DNA of 64,000 nt, taken from an uncultured Alphaproteobacteria bacterium (GTDB lineage: Bacteria; Pseudomonadota; Alphaproteobacteria; Sphingomonadales; SMXR01). Under the pieces are notes generated by a model, which saw only the letters and a program-made list of their open reading frames with translations, made no database searches and had not been told where the DNA came from. Shown one piece after another: positions 19,170 through 27,930 of the stretch (positions are counted from its first letter, which is position 1; every line of letters begins with the position of its first letter). The translations under genes were made by a program, and so were the position numbers. The stretch spans positions 1,185 to 65,184 of the forward strand of contig CAKZLM010000083.1 of assembly GCA_937126915.1 (NCBI GenBank), in the 5' to 3' direction.

Positions 19170-21119
19170 CTACTCTTCGGTAGAAAGGGCGGCATTGCCT
19201 GTGGTTAAGAAACCATATTCATGATCAATGCTTTCATAAATAGGCCATGCCCCAGATGCAAGGGCGTCAAGGCTAGGAGCCTGTTGACCAAGGCGATTGC
19301 GATAAATCCACATATTGGCGAAAACACGTTCAATATGGTTGCGGGTTTCCCAAGCAATTAAACTTTCGATGAACAGGAATGGATCGCCGCCGTGGCGGGA
19401 TTTGCGCTCCCATTTAACCAAATTTCCGGGACCAGCATTGTAAGCCGCCGCAAACCATAAGAAATTAGCACCGGATGGATCGCCATCGAGCAAATGCTTC
19501 ATGTATTTTTGCGAGATTTGCATGTTCAAATCAGGAATAAGCAAGTCATTTTTGCGAGAGCCACGAAGCGAGCGGTCATTCATGATAAAGCTGGCTGTTG
19601 AAGGAGTAACCTGCATCAAACCATAGGCCCCAGCCCCACTGTGAGCGCGGGTCATAAAGTTGCTTTCTTGGTGCATCCAGCCAAACATCAAGGCGCGGTC
19701 AACCTGAAAGCCATCATAACGCGGTTGCCAATCGGGCAATGGATATTTCACGCTGTCAGGCAGCTCAATGTTATATTTCGCCATATTTTTTGACAAAATA
19801 AGCTGTGCTGATGGCAGGTTGAGGTGGGCGGCAAGGGCAATCAAATCAGTTTGGTGGCGGCGACCTTCACGCCCCCAAAACAGGCGAAATTCTTTATCCG
19901 CATCTGATAAACGCCCAACTTCACGAAGGGCCATGGCGCGTTCAATCGCCGGATAGGACATTAATTTTTCAAGGCCTTCTTGGCTGATGTCAGGCAGGGA
20001 CCAATCATAGGTTAGATTAAGGCCCAATTGACGCGCAGCGATAATGCCGTAGAAGGTATGTTTTTCTTTGGCTGCTTGGTGCAAATACTCAACTGATTTT
20101 TCAGGCTGCCCAATCATGGTGTTGGCGCGTGCCGCCCAAAAAGCCCCTGCAGATCCGGTCCAGTCGCCACTATGTGGATTGGCGGCTACATAAGAAAAAT
20201 GCTTGGCAGAAAGCGCATAATTGCCCATGCGCCATGCGGCTAGGCCAGCATACCAGTTACCTTCTGAGAAAAACTCACGCGATCGTTCAGACCCCAGATT
20301 AGCTAGGCTATAGGCTTTTTCATCCGCGCCTTCAAAATAATAACTCTTCGCCAACTGGCCCAAAGCAACATCATATTCAACATCAGATAAAAGATCTAAG
20401 CGGGCAAAGGCCCAAAAGCGTTTTTCAGCCCGTTCAGGCCGACCACGGCTGATTTCACGGCGAAGGCGGGCCTTAAAGGTAGCAACCTCGCGATTTTCAG
20501 CACGACTACGACGCGGGGTTGGCGGTTTTGGCAAATCGTCAACTATGCGAATTTCCTCAGGCGGGTCATATTTAAAATACTGCGACACAGGGCGTTTAGG
20601 GCCACGGGCGCGGCCTTGACGGCGCTTTGCCAAGCGATACACGCGGCGGGCATCAGGGTGATCGGCGTAATATCTCATCCAATCGCGCAATTCCGTGTAT
20701 TTAGAGCGGTACTTGGTTGGATGCATATAGCGTTGATGTAAAACATAGCTCATCAACACATCATCGTTAATTTGGCGAATTAGTTTATCCGCTGCTTGCC
20801 ATTTGCCATCTTTTTGTAGGGCAAAGACCTCTTGATACAGGTCAATATCACGTTGGTTTAAGATAGTGGGTATGGTGATCTTAGGTGTAGCGGGCGTTTC
20901 TTGTAATTGCTGGTGACTTGGCACTGCAATAGCATTTCCAGAATGTGCATTTTGGATGTTCTTATTGTTGGCTTGTCCTTGGCTGGTGGCCGTGGTTTCA
21001 GCACTATAGGCTGGGCTGGTCTCAGCACCATATAAAAAACCCGCCGCTAGGGCGATGCTTAATGTTTTGCCAGCCCATGATAGGCTAATCCGACGCTTTC
21101 GGCTTTTCAGAAATGCCAC
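19170..21119 (-). CDS. soluble lytic murein transglycosylase (Slt family)
   Basis: 649 aa with a GTG start (GAGGGA 7 nt upstream) and a signal peptide. It has an all-helical N-domain and a C-terminal SLT domain with HQESNF (catalytic Glu), GLMQV and AAYNAGPGN. Confidence 0.85.
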   Translation of the reverse strand: MAFLKSRKRRISLSWAGKTLSIALAAGFLYGAETSPAYSAETTATSQGQANNKNIQNAHSGNAIAVPSHQQLQETPATPKITIPTILNQRDIDLYQEVFALQKDGKWQAADKLIRQINDDVLMSYVLHQRYMHPTKYRSKYTELRDWMRYYADHPDARRVYRLAKRRQGRARGPKRPVSQYFKYDPPEEIRIVDDLPKPPTPRRSRAENREVATFKARLRREISRGRPERAEKRFWAFARLDLLSDVEYDVALGQLAKSYYFEGADEKAYSLANLGSERSREFFSEGNWYAGLAAWRMGNYALSAKHFSYVAANPHSGDWTGSAGAFWAARANTMIGQPEKSVEYLHQAAKEKHTFYGIIAARQLGLNLTYDWSLPDISQEGLEKLMSYPAIERAMALREVGRLSDADKEFRLFWGREGRRHQTDLIALAAHLNLPSAQLILSKNMAKYNIELPDSVKYPLPDWQPRYDGFQVDRALMFGWMHQESNFMTRAHSGAGAYGLMQVTPSTASFIMNDRSLRGSRKNDLLIPDLNMQISQKYMKHLLDGDPSGANFLWFAAAYNAGPGNLVKWERKSRHGGDPFLFIESLIAWETRNHIERVFANMWIYRNRLGQQAPSLDALASGAWPIYESIDHEYGFLTTGNAALSTEE

Positions 21120-21224
21120 GCTTTATCCCTCGTTTATCATATTCCAACGCTTTACTGCATAAGACTATGACACATAATTATTAATTCTAGATGAATATAA
21201 GCCAAATTCCCTTATGAGGGCAAA

Positions 21225-22100
21225 TTATTTCTGTTGTCCCAATTTTTGCATCAAGGATTGTAAGTCTTGCCAGCTGTCACGTTTAAGCAAGGGTTGTTGC
21301 AAAAGATAGCGCGGGTGGTAAGTCGCCAAAACATCAAATGATTGGTTGTTTATTGTTAAGGTGGACCAGTTACCCCTCGCTTTGGCAATGGGTTTTTTGT
21401 CATTTGTGAGGAATTTATAGGCACCATCACCCATCAGTAAAATGACCTTAGGTTTAACAAGGCTGATTTGGCGTTGCACAAAGGGCAGTGCGGTTGCCAG
21501 CTCATGAGGATGCGGGGCACGCCCGCCAGGCGGGCGCCATGGAATAATGTTGGATAGGTACAGATCAGTGTCACGACTTTGACCAATGGCGGCCATCATT
21601 TTATTAAACAGCTGTCCAGGTTCCCCACTAAAAGGTTCGCCACTGCGATCTTCAGCTTCACCGGGCGGATCGGCGATGATCATAATGTCTGCTTGGGGGT
21701 TTCCTGTGCCAAAAACGGTTTTGGTGGCGGTGCGCTTTAAAGGGCAGCCGGGGAAGGCGTCAAGGGCCGCTTTTAAAGCTTCCAAGGTCTCGCATTCATG
21801 GGCGGTGTGTTCTGCGGCTGCTGCTGCGGCGGCATTGTCACCAGTTTGTTGTCCCGTTGCATGACCGCGGGCTAAATTTTGCCCTGCCCCAGTGTGTTTG
21901 GTCTGGTGGGTGCTGTTGGCAGCGGCTTGTGATGCTGCCTTTGCACCCGCTTTTGACGATGAAGACGCATTTTCTGTTGTCGTTTCAGGCTCTTTAAAAT
22001 GATTAACTGGGGCATCGCCAATAGCCTCATCCGCTCCCATGGTGACATGCCATGCAAGTAACTGATTTGGGTCCCCATCAAATGCCTTGTTTTCGTCCAT
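21225..22100 (-). CDS. uracil-DNA glycosylase, family 4, with a low-complexity N-terminal extension
   Basis: The C-terminal roughly 180 aa carry PPGEAEDRSGEPFSGEPGQL and ..TYHPRYLL. The N-terminal roughly 100 aa are Ala/Ser/Thr/Gln-rich. Confidence 0.8.
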   Translation of the reverse strand: MDENKAFDGDPNQLLAWHVTMGADEAIGDAPVNHFKEPETTTENASSSSKAGAKAASQAAANSTHQTKHTGAGQNLARGHATGQQTGDNAAAAAAAEHTAHECETLEALKAALDAFPGCPLKRTATKTVFGTGNPQADIMIIADPPGEAEDRSGEPFSGEPGQLFNKMMAAIGQSRDTDLYLSNIIPWRPPGGRAPHPHELATALPFVQRQISLVKPKVILLMGDGAYKFLTNDKKPIAKARGNWSTLTINNQSFDVLATYHPRYLLQQPLLKRDSWQDLQSLMQKLGQQK

Positions 22101-22294
22101 GCTGTATTTTTGACATGATAATTGTTACTGTGCAAGCATCTTAAAAGCTTATTTTGTCGTAACAAGGGGTGTTGTGATGATTGACGGATAAGACTTATCA
22201 CGGCATAAAGAGGATGAGAGAAAAAAAGTAGCTATCGTTAACCTCTCAGGGGACGGTAAGCGGCCGAAAGAAAATCGATATAAGGTGAGATAGT

Positions 22295-23956
22295 ATGACG
22301 CGTGAATCCATGCCATTTGACGTAGTGATTGTAGGGGCGGGCCCTGCAGGCTTAAGTGCGGCCATTAGGTTGAAACAAAAAGCAGATGAAGCGGGCAAAG
22401 ATTTTGCTATTTGCGTTATTGAAAAGGGTGCGGAAGTTGGTGCGCACATTCTATCAGGTGCGGTCATTGACCCCATTGCCCTAGATGAATTATTGCCTGA
22501 CTGGCGCGATCAAAACTGCCCGCTAACGGTGGCGGTAAATGCTAACCAACACTGGTTCTTATCAGAAAAAGGCAAAAGCAATATTCCGCATCTCCTAATG
22601 CCACCATTGATGAGCAATAAGGGCAAATATACCGGTAGTCTTGGCAATCTTTGCCGCTGGTTGGGTGAGCAAGCCATGAATATGGGTATCGAAATTTTCC
22701 CAGGCTTTGCCGCAGCAGAAGTGCTTTATAACGATGATGGCAGTGTTCGCGGTGTTGCCACCGGTGACATGGGGCTTGACCGTGAAGGCAACCCTAAAGA
22801 TGGCATGCATATGCCGGGCATGGAATTACACGCCAAATATACCTTGTTTGCAGAGGGTGTGCGCGGTTCGCTATCAAAAGAAGTGATTGAAAAATTTGAT
22901 CTGCGTAAAGATCGCCAACCACAAACCTATGGTATTGGCATTAAAGAATTATGGGAAGTAAAGCCTGAAAATCATGCTGAGGGCCGTGTTATTCACACCC
23001 AAGGTTGGCCGTTAGGGGAAACTGTTGGTGGTGGCTTTATTTACCATCAAGAAAACAACCAAGTGGCGATTGGTTTTGTGGTGGCGTTGGATTATGAAAA
23101 TCCCTATTTATCGCCGTTTGACGAAATGCAGCGCTACAAAAATCATCCTGCTATCCGACCAATTTTAGAAGGCGGTCGCCGCATTTCATATGGTGCCCGC
23201 GCCATTAATGAAGGTGGTTTGCAGTCGGTGCCTAAATTAAGCTTCCCCGGTGGCATGCTGGTTGGTTGTTCTGCTGGTTTTGTCAATGTGCCACGCATTA
23301 AGGGTACTCATAACGCCATGAAATCTGGCATGTTGGCGGCTGAAACCGTATTTGAGGCATTATCTGCAGGTGATGAGGGTGGTCAGGATCTGACTGCCTA
23401 TGAAGATGCCTTTAAAGCGTCGTGGATATATAAAGACCTTCACCGCGTGAGAAACGCCCGCCCTGCTTTAAGCAAGTTTGGTATTAAGTTAGGCACCATC
23501 TATGCTGGCTTGGATATGTGGCTTAATAATTTAGGTCTCGGCTTCTTAATGCCTTGGACATTGGGCCATCATGAAGATCACACATCCTTGAAAAAGGCGA
23601 AAGAAGCTCAAAAAATTGATTATCCAAAGCCTGATGGTGTGGTGACCTTTGATAAATTGTCATCCGTGTTCATCTCTAACACCAACCATGAAGAAGACCA
23701 GCCGGTGCATCTTAAGCTCAAAGATGCCAGCATTCCGGTTGATTTTAATTTGGCGGAATATGACGCACCAGAACAACGATTCTGTCCAGCGGGTGTTTAT
23801 GAAATTGTCCGTGACGATGATGGTACAAACCCGCGGTTACAGATTAATGCGCAAAACTGTGTGCATTGTAAAACCTGCGATATTAAGGATTATAAACAAA
23901 ATATTAATTGGACCGTGCCAGAAGGTGGTGGTGGCCCGAACTATCCTAATATGTAG
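22295..23956 (+). CDS. electron-transfer flavoprotein:ubiquinone oxidoreductase
   Basis: 553 aa with the FAD fold VVIVGAGPAGLSAA and a C-terminal ferredoxin-like CPAGVYE...CVHCKTCDIKD. Confidence 0.93.
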   Translation: MTRESMPFDVVIVGAGPAGLSAAIRLKQKADEAGKDFAICVIEKGAEVGAHILSGAVIDPIALDELLPDWRDQNCPLTVAVNANQHWFLSEKGKSNIPHLLMPPLMSNKGKYTGSLGNLCRWLGEQAMNMGIEIFPGFAAAEVLYNDDGSVRGVATGDMGLDREGNPKDGMHMPGMELHAKYTLFAEGVRGSLSKEVIEKFDLRKDRQPQTYGIGIKELWEVKPENHAEGRVIHTQGWPLGETVGGGFIYHQENNQVAIGFVVALDYENPYLSPFDEMQRYKNHPAIRPILEGGRRISYGARAINEGGLQSVPKLSFPGGMLVGCSAGFVNVPRIKGTHNAMKSGMLAAETVFEALSAGDEGGQDLTAYEDAFKASWIYKDLHRVRNARPALSKFGIKLGTIYAGLDMWLNNLGLGFLMPWTLGHHEDHTSLKKAKEAQKIDYPKPDGVVTFDKLSSVFISNTNHEEDQPVHLKLKDASIPVDFNLAEYDAPEQRFCPAGVYEIVRDDDGTNPRLQINAQNCVHCKTCDIKDYKQNINWTVPEGGGGPNYPNM

Positions 23957-23987
23957 GTTCAGTGTTTAAGGCTTGGTCAGGAATAAA

Positions 23988-25682
23988 ATGATCCAAAATA
24001 TTGTGATGAAAGTGCCATTTGTGCTGATACTGTTGTTGGTTTCAGCTTGTGGTGCTTCACATCGTTTTGAGGCGCCAACATCGGCACAGTCGCATTATGT
24101 TATGGGGCTTTATGCTAGGCAAGAGGATCGCTTTGATGAGGCCTTGCGGTATTTTGACAAGGCCTTGAAAGAAGCGCCCACTGAAGAGGCCTTGATACAA
24201 GGTGCATTTTCTTTGGCCTTTTTGGTCGGTGATAATGATCGCTTGGTGCGTTATGCCAGCCTGCAACAGGCAACTCCCAATGCGCAATTATCAAACCTGT
24301 CATCAATGGTGATGTTGTTAGATGCTTTTCATGATAAACGCTGGCAAGACATGCCGCAATATTATGACCGTTTTAGAGGGTCGGGCTTTGAAGAATTAAT
24401 GCTACCAACCATTAAGGCTTGGAGTTGGGCGGTTCGCGGTAATCGTGATGAGGCTTTAAAGTCGATTGGTCAATTGGTTGCTTATGACAGGTCGTTAACC
24501 CCTGTTTATGAAGAACAAATGGCTTATTTGCTTGATTATTTAGGCGATCAAGACGAGGCGTTGCAGCGTTACAGCGGATTAATTCGCGATAAACGCGTCC
24601 GTAGCATGCAGCCCATTTTATCGATGGGGGATTTACTGGTGAGGCAGGGAAAGCGGGGCGATGCGGAAAACTTGTTCACGGCCTATCAAACTGTCATGCC
24701 CAATAATTTGCACATGAAGCAAGCTATGACCGAATTGGCAAAAAAACGGCCCAAGTTTGGCGGTCCTTCTCGCCATCCAAGCCGTGCTATTGCAACAACT
24801 TTTTTGATGGCAGCCAATGAATTGGCTGGTAACCCTGATTATCGCGCAGCGGCAACCATTTATTCACGTTTTGCTACCATCGCTGATCCAAGCCTGGAAG
24901 AAGCTTATGTTTTGTTGGGTAATCTGTATTTGATGGATGAACGCTTTGGCCCTGCAAAAGTGGTTTTCTCTATCCCTAAAGGCGACGGCGTTTTTGCCAA
25001 TGAAGCGCGCATTCGCTATGCCCTAACCATTAGCCAACAAGGGCAATCAAATGCAGCTATATCACAGTTGGAAAAAGCCTTAGAGCGCGCACCCGATGAT
25101 CAAAAAGTTTTGCAAGCCTTAGGCAATCTCTATCAAGATATGCAAGCCTTTGATCAGTCGGTGGTTTATTATAGTGCGATATTGGATGATAAGCCGAAGC
25201 TTGGCAATGGCGATTGGTTTTTGTTGTTCAGCCGCGGTATCGCCTATGAACAAACAGGTCAATGGGAGAAGGCAGAGGCAGACTTTTTAAAAGCATTAAG
25301 CATTAGACCCAATGACCCTCAATTATTAAATTATTTGGGCTATTCGTGGATTGATCGCGGCATGCATTATGAAAAGGCCCGCGAAATGCTTGAAAAGGCT
25401 GTGGAATTACGGCCTGAGGATGGCTTTATCATCGATAGTTTAGGCTGGGCCGAATATTTACTTGGTAATTATGACGCTGCTTTAATGCATTTACAAAAAG
25501 CAGTGCAGCTAGAACCCGGTGATGCCACTTTAAATGAACATTTAGGCGATGTTTTGTGGAAACTTGGGCGACAGCGCGAGGCGCGCTTTCAATGGCAACA
25601 TGCGATTGATTTAGGCGGCGATGATATTGATCCCGACTCACTTAGAGAAAAAGTGCTATTAGGCCTTAAAACAGCGCCATAA
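23988..25682 (+). CDS. TPR-repeat lipoprotein
   Basis: Lipoprotein-type signal (..LILLLVSAC) followed by repeated TPR-like helices (e.g. AEADFLKALSIRPNDPQLLNYLGY). I chose the ATG at 23988 (AGGAA upstream) over the TTG at 23973. Confidence 0.75.
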   Translation: MIQNIVMKVPFVLILLLVSACGASHRFEAPTSAQSHYVMGLYARQEDRFDEALRYFDKALKEAPTEEALIQGAFSLAFLVGDNDRLVRYASLQQATPNAQLSNLSSMVMLLDAFHDKRWQDMPQYYDRFRGSGFEELMLPTIKAWSWAVRGNRDEALKSIGQLVAYDRSLTPVYEEQMAYLLDYLGDQDEALQRYSGLIRDKRVRSMQPILSMGDLLVRQGKRGDAENLFTAYQTVMPNNLHMKQAMTELAKKRPKFGGPSRHPSRAIATTFLMAANELAGNPDYRAAATIYSRFATIADPSLEEAYVLLGNLYLMDERFGPAKVVFSIPKGDGVFANEARIRYALTISQQGQSNAAISQLEKALERAPDDQKVLQALGNLYQDMQAFDQSVVYYSAILDDKPKLGNGDWFLLFSRGIAYEQTGQWEKAEADFLKALSIRPNDPQLLNYLGYSWIDRGMHYEKAREMLEKAVELRPEDGFIIDSLGWAEYLLGNYDAALMHLQKAVQLEPGDATLNEHLGDVLWKLGRQREARFQWQHAIDLGGDDIDPDSLREKVLLGLKTAP

Positions 25683-25738
25683 TTACACCAGCGCCATCAT
25701 GATGAGTTAAGGGCATAAAGGCAAGGAAGGTAGAGGAT

Positions 25739-26632
25739 ATGGAACAAACCCTTATTGCACCCGCCAAAGTTAATCTTTTTTTGCACTTAATAGGGCAGAA
25801 TACTGCTGGCTATCACAGGCTTGAAAGCCTATTCTCATTCACTAATTTCGGTGACGTAATAAATTTTAAAAAAGCGGATAGTTGGGGCTTTCAATGTGTT
25901 GGGCCATTTTCCAAAACCCTAACAGAATTAGGCGCGGCGGGGGATGATAATTTATGCATGAAAATGGCACGGTCATTCTATGGTTTTGTAAGCAAAAACA
26001 GCCAGGTTGAGGCCTATCCAGTAGAGATTAGGTTGGAAAAAAACTTACCCATTGCTGCGGGGATTGGGGGGGGCTCATCAGATGCTGCCGCGGCTTTAGT
26101 GGCCCTAAATACATTATGGCAGGTTGGGTTGACCCTTGAAGAATTGGCAAAGTTTAGTTTGAAATTAGGGGCTGATATTCCTGCTTGTGTGCATCAAACC
26201 CCTTGTTTTGTGGAAGGTGTGGGCGACATTATTACTCCTCTAACAGGGTTGAAAGATCAACATATTGTTTTGGCAAACCCCTTGTCATCTCTCTCTACGC
26301 CATTGGCTTTCAAAGCTTTTCACACGTTAAGGGGAAAGTTTCATTCGTCTTTGATGGGGGGGTGGGTTGATGATTATCGCTCAAGCCCCAAAGAATTTTT
26401 ACAACGCCAAAGCAATGATTTAGATGCTGCCGCATGCCATCTGGTACCTGAAATTGGACCGTTGTTGCACGATATTTCTGAATTATCAGGCTGTTGGCTA
26501 TCGCGCATGTCAGGGTCGGGGGCAACCTGCTTTGGATTGTTTGACGGGGCAGACCAAGCCACAGAAGCAGTGTCGGAATTACAGCGCAAATATCCTACCT
26601 ATTGGATGCAAAAGGGCATTTTGCATGGATAA
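25739..26632 (+). CDS. ispE: 4-diphosphocytidyl-2-C-methyl-D-erythritol kinase
   Basis: 297 aa, GHMP kinase motif LPIAAGIGGGSSDAAAAL, N-terminal APAKVNLFLH. Confidence 0.9.
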   Translation: MEQTLIAPAKVNLFLHLIGQNTAGYHRLESLFSFTNFGDVINFKKADSWGFQCVGPFSKTLTELGAAGDDNLCMKMARSFYGFVSKNSQVEAYPVEIRLEKNLPIAAGIGGGSSDAAAALVALNTLWQVGLTLEELAKFSLKLGADIPACVHQTPCFVEGVGDIITPLTGLKDQHIVLANPLSSLSTPLAFKAFHTLRGKFHSSLMGGWVDDYRSSPKEFLQRQSNDLDAAACHLVPEIGPLLHDISELSGCWLSRMSGSGATCFGLFDGADQATEAVSELQRKYPTYWMQKGILHG

Positions 26633-27422
26633 AAATCGCCTCATTACTGTGATTTTGTCACTGTTGGTTACAGCATGCCAATCGACGTCAGCCTTTAACG
26701 CTTATCAGATAGATGAAACTGCGGACCTTGTTCAAACGTGGCAAAAGGGGCTTGTAGCGCTGCCAAACACAAGTGAAATAACTGTTTTGGAGGAAACCCA
26801 ATGGCCGCTTGGTTCCTCGTTGCCCGCCATGATTTATTTGCATGGCTGCACCGGGTTGGGCAAGGGAGATCGCGCTTTAATGCAAAAAATTGCGCAATTG
26901 GGTGTTGCAGTGATCGCTCCCAATAGCATGGCTCGTAGTTATCGTCCTTTACAGTGTAATCCTGAAGATCAAACCGGTGGTTATCATTTTTTTGTTTACG
27001 CCATGCGCGAGGCTGAATTGGCCTTTGCGGTTTATCAGCTTGAACAATTGCCATGGGTTGATAAAAGACAGATGATGCTGGCTGGGGGCAGTGAGGGGGC
27101 TGTGACAGCGGCGCTTTATCGCGGCAATGAATTTAAGTCACGGGTTTTGTTGCAATGGACTTGCCATGGAGCGCCTTATATTGCGGGGTTAGCGGCTGGC
27201 CCTGATGAACGTGTTTTGGCACTGGTTAACGGCGCTGATCCATGGTATCAACATCGTATGGTTGACCAGCAAGTGATTTCGCAATTGGGTAATTGTGGTG
27301 ATTTTGATCAATATAACCACGTAACCTCGCATGTTTTGCCTTATGAAGGTCATGATTTATTGCAAGATGCACAGGCTGTAGGCCTTATTTTAACGTTTTT
27401 AAAAGATACTCGGGTTAGGTAA
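26625..27422 (+). CDS. alpha/beta-hydrolase (dienelactone-hydrolase-like) lipoprotein
   Basis: The ATG at 26625 overlaps the ispE stop (ATGGATAA). It has lipobox LLVTAC, IYLHGCTG and the nucleophile elbow GGSEGA. The 67 codons upstream in the track ORF lie inside ispE. Confidence 0.7.
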   Translation: MDKNRLITVILSLLVTACQSTSAFNAYQIDETADLVQTWQKGLVALPNTSEITVLEETQWPLGSSLPAMIYLHGCTGLGKGDRALMQKIAQLGVAVIAPNSMARSYRPLQCNPEDQTGGYHFFVYAMREAELAFAVYQLEQLPWVDKRQMMLAGGSEGAVTAALYRGNEFKSRVLLQWTCHGAPYIAGLAAGPDERVLALVNGADPWYQHRMVDQQVISQLGNCGDFDQYNHVTSHVLPYEGHDLLQDAQAVGLILTFLKDTRVR

Positions 27423-27436
27423 AAAGGAAGATGACC

Positions 27437-27793
27437 ATGCCAAATAAGTTATTATCATCTCTGGTTGCAACAGCCATGTTGGTTTCAACAAGTTCTGTCG
27501 TTTGGGCGGATGCTGCGAATCAGGCAGTAAAAAATGTTGAGCAAAAAACGCCTGTCATCTCATCTAAATCTGATGTGAAAAGTGATGCGGTCTCGAAGGC
27601 AGCACCCACCTATCAAAAAGCAGGTATGGCGGCTGGTCAAACACAGGCCTCTAATCAAGGGATCGGTATCTTGAATACCCCCGCAATTATTGGCATTGCA
27701 GCTGTTGCCGCAACGGTCGGAATTGCCCTGCAAGCGGCTTCTGATGATGACAAAGATGGAACGGGTACAGGAACTAGTACAAGCGGCACTTAA
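27437..27793 (+). CDS. small exported protein with a C-terminal hydrophobic segment, unknown family
   Basis: AGGAAG lies 6 nt before the ATG at 27437. The protein has a signal peptide (..STSSVVWA), a low-complexity Ser/Lys/Ala region, then AIIGIAAVAATVGIALQAA and an acidic Gly/Thr tail. Confidence 0.5.
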   Translation: MPNKLLSSLVATAMLVSTSSVVWADAANQAVKNVEQKTPVISSKSDVKSDAVSKAAPTYQKAGMAAGQTQASNQGIGILNTPAIIGIAAVAATVGIALQAASDDDKDGTGTGTSTSGT

Positions 27794-27930
27794 AAAGCAG
27801 CATTTTTTACTGGATTTTCTGCGGTTTTTTCTTATAAAACCCACTTGATAGCTTGTGTTTAGTGGATGGTGTGATATTGTCCGCATCATCTCATAAGCAC
27901 CAAATAAAGATTATTAGGAAATTTTTACTG

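Noticed and set aside
26424-26624. N-terminal 67 codons of the 332-aa track ORF overlapping ispE.
   Set aside because: They lie entirely within ispE in another frame. A lipoprotein signal peptide starts at the ATG at 26625, which overlaps the ispE stop.
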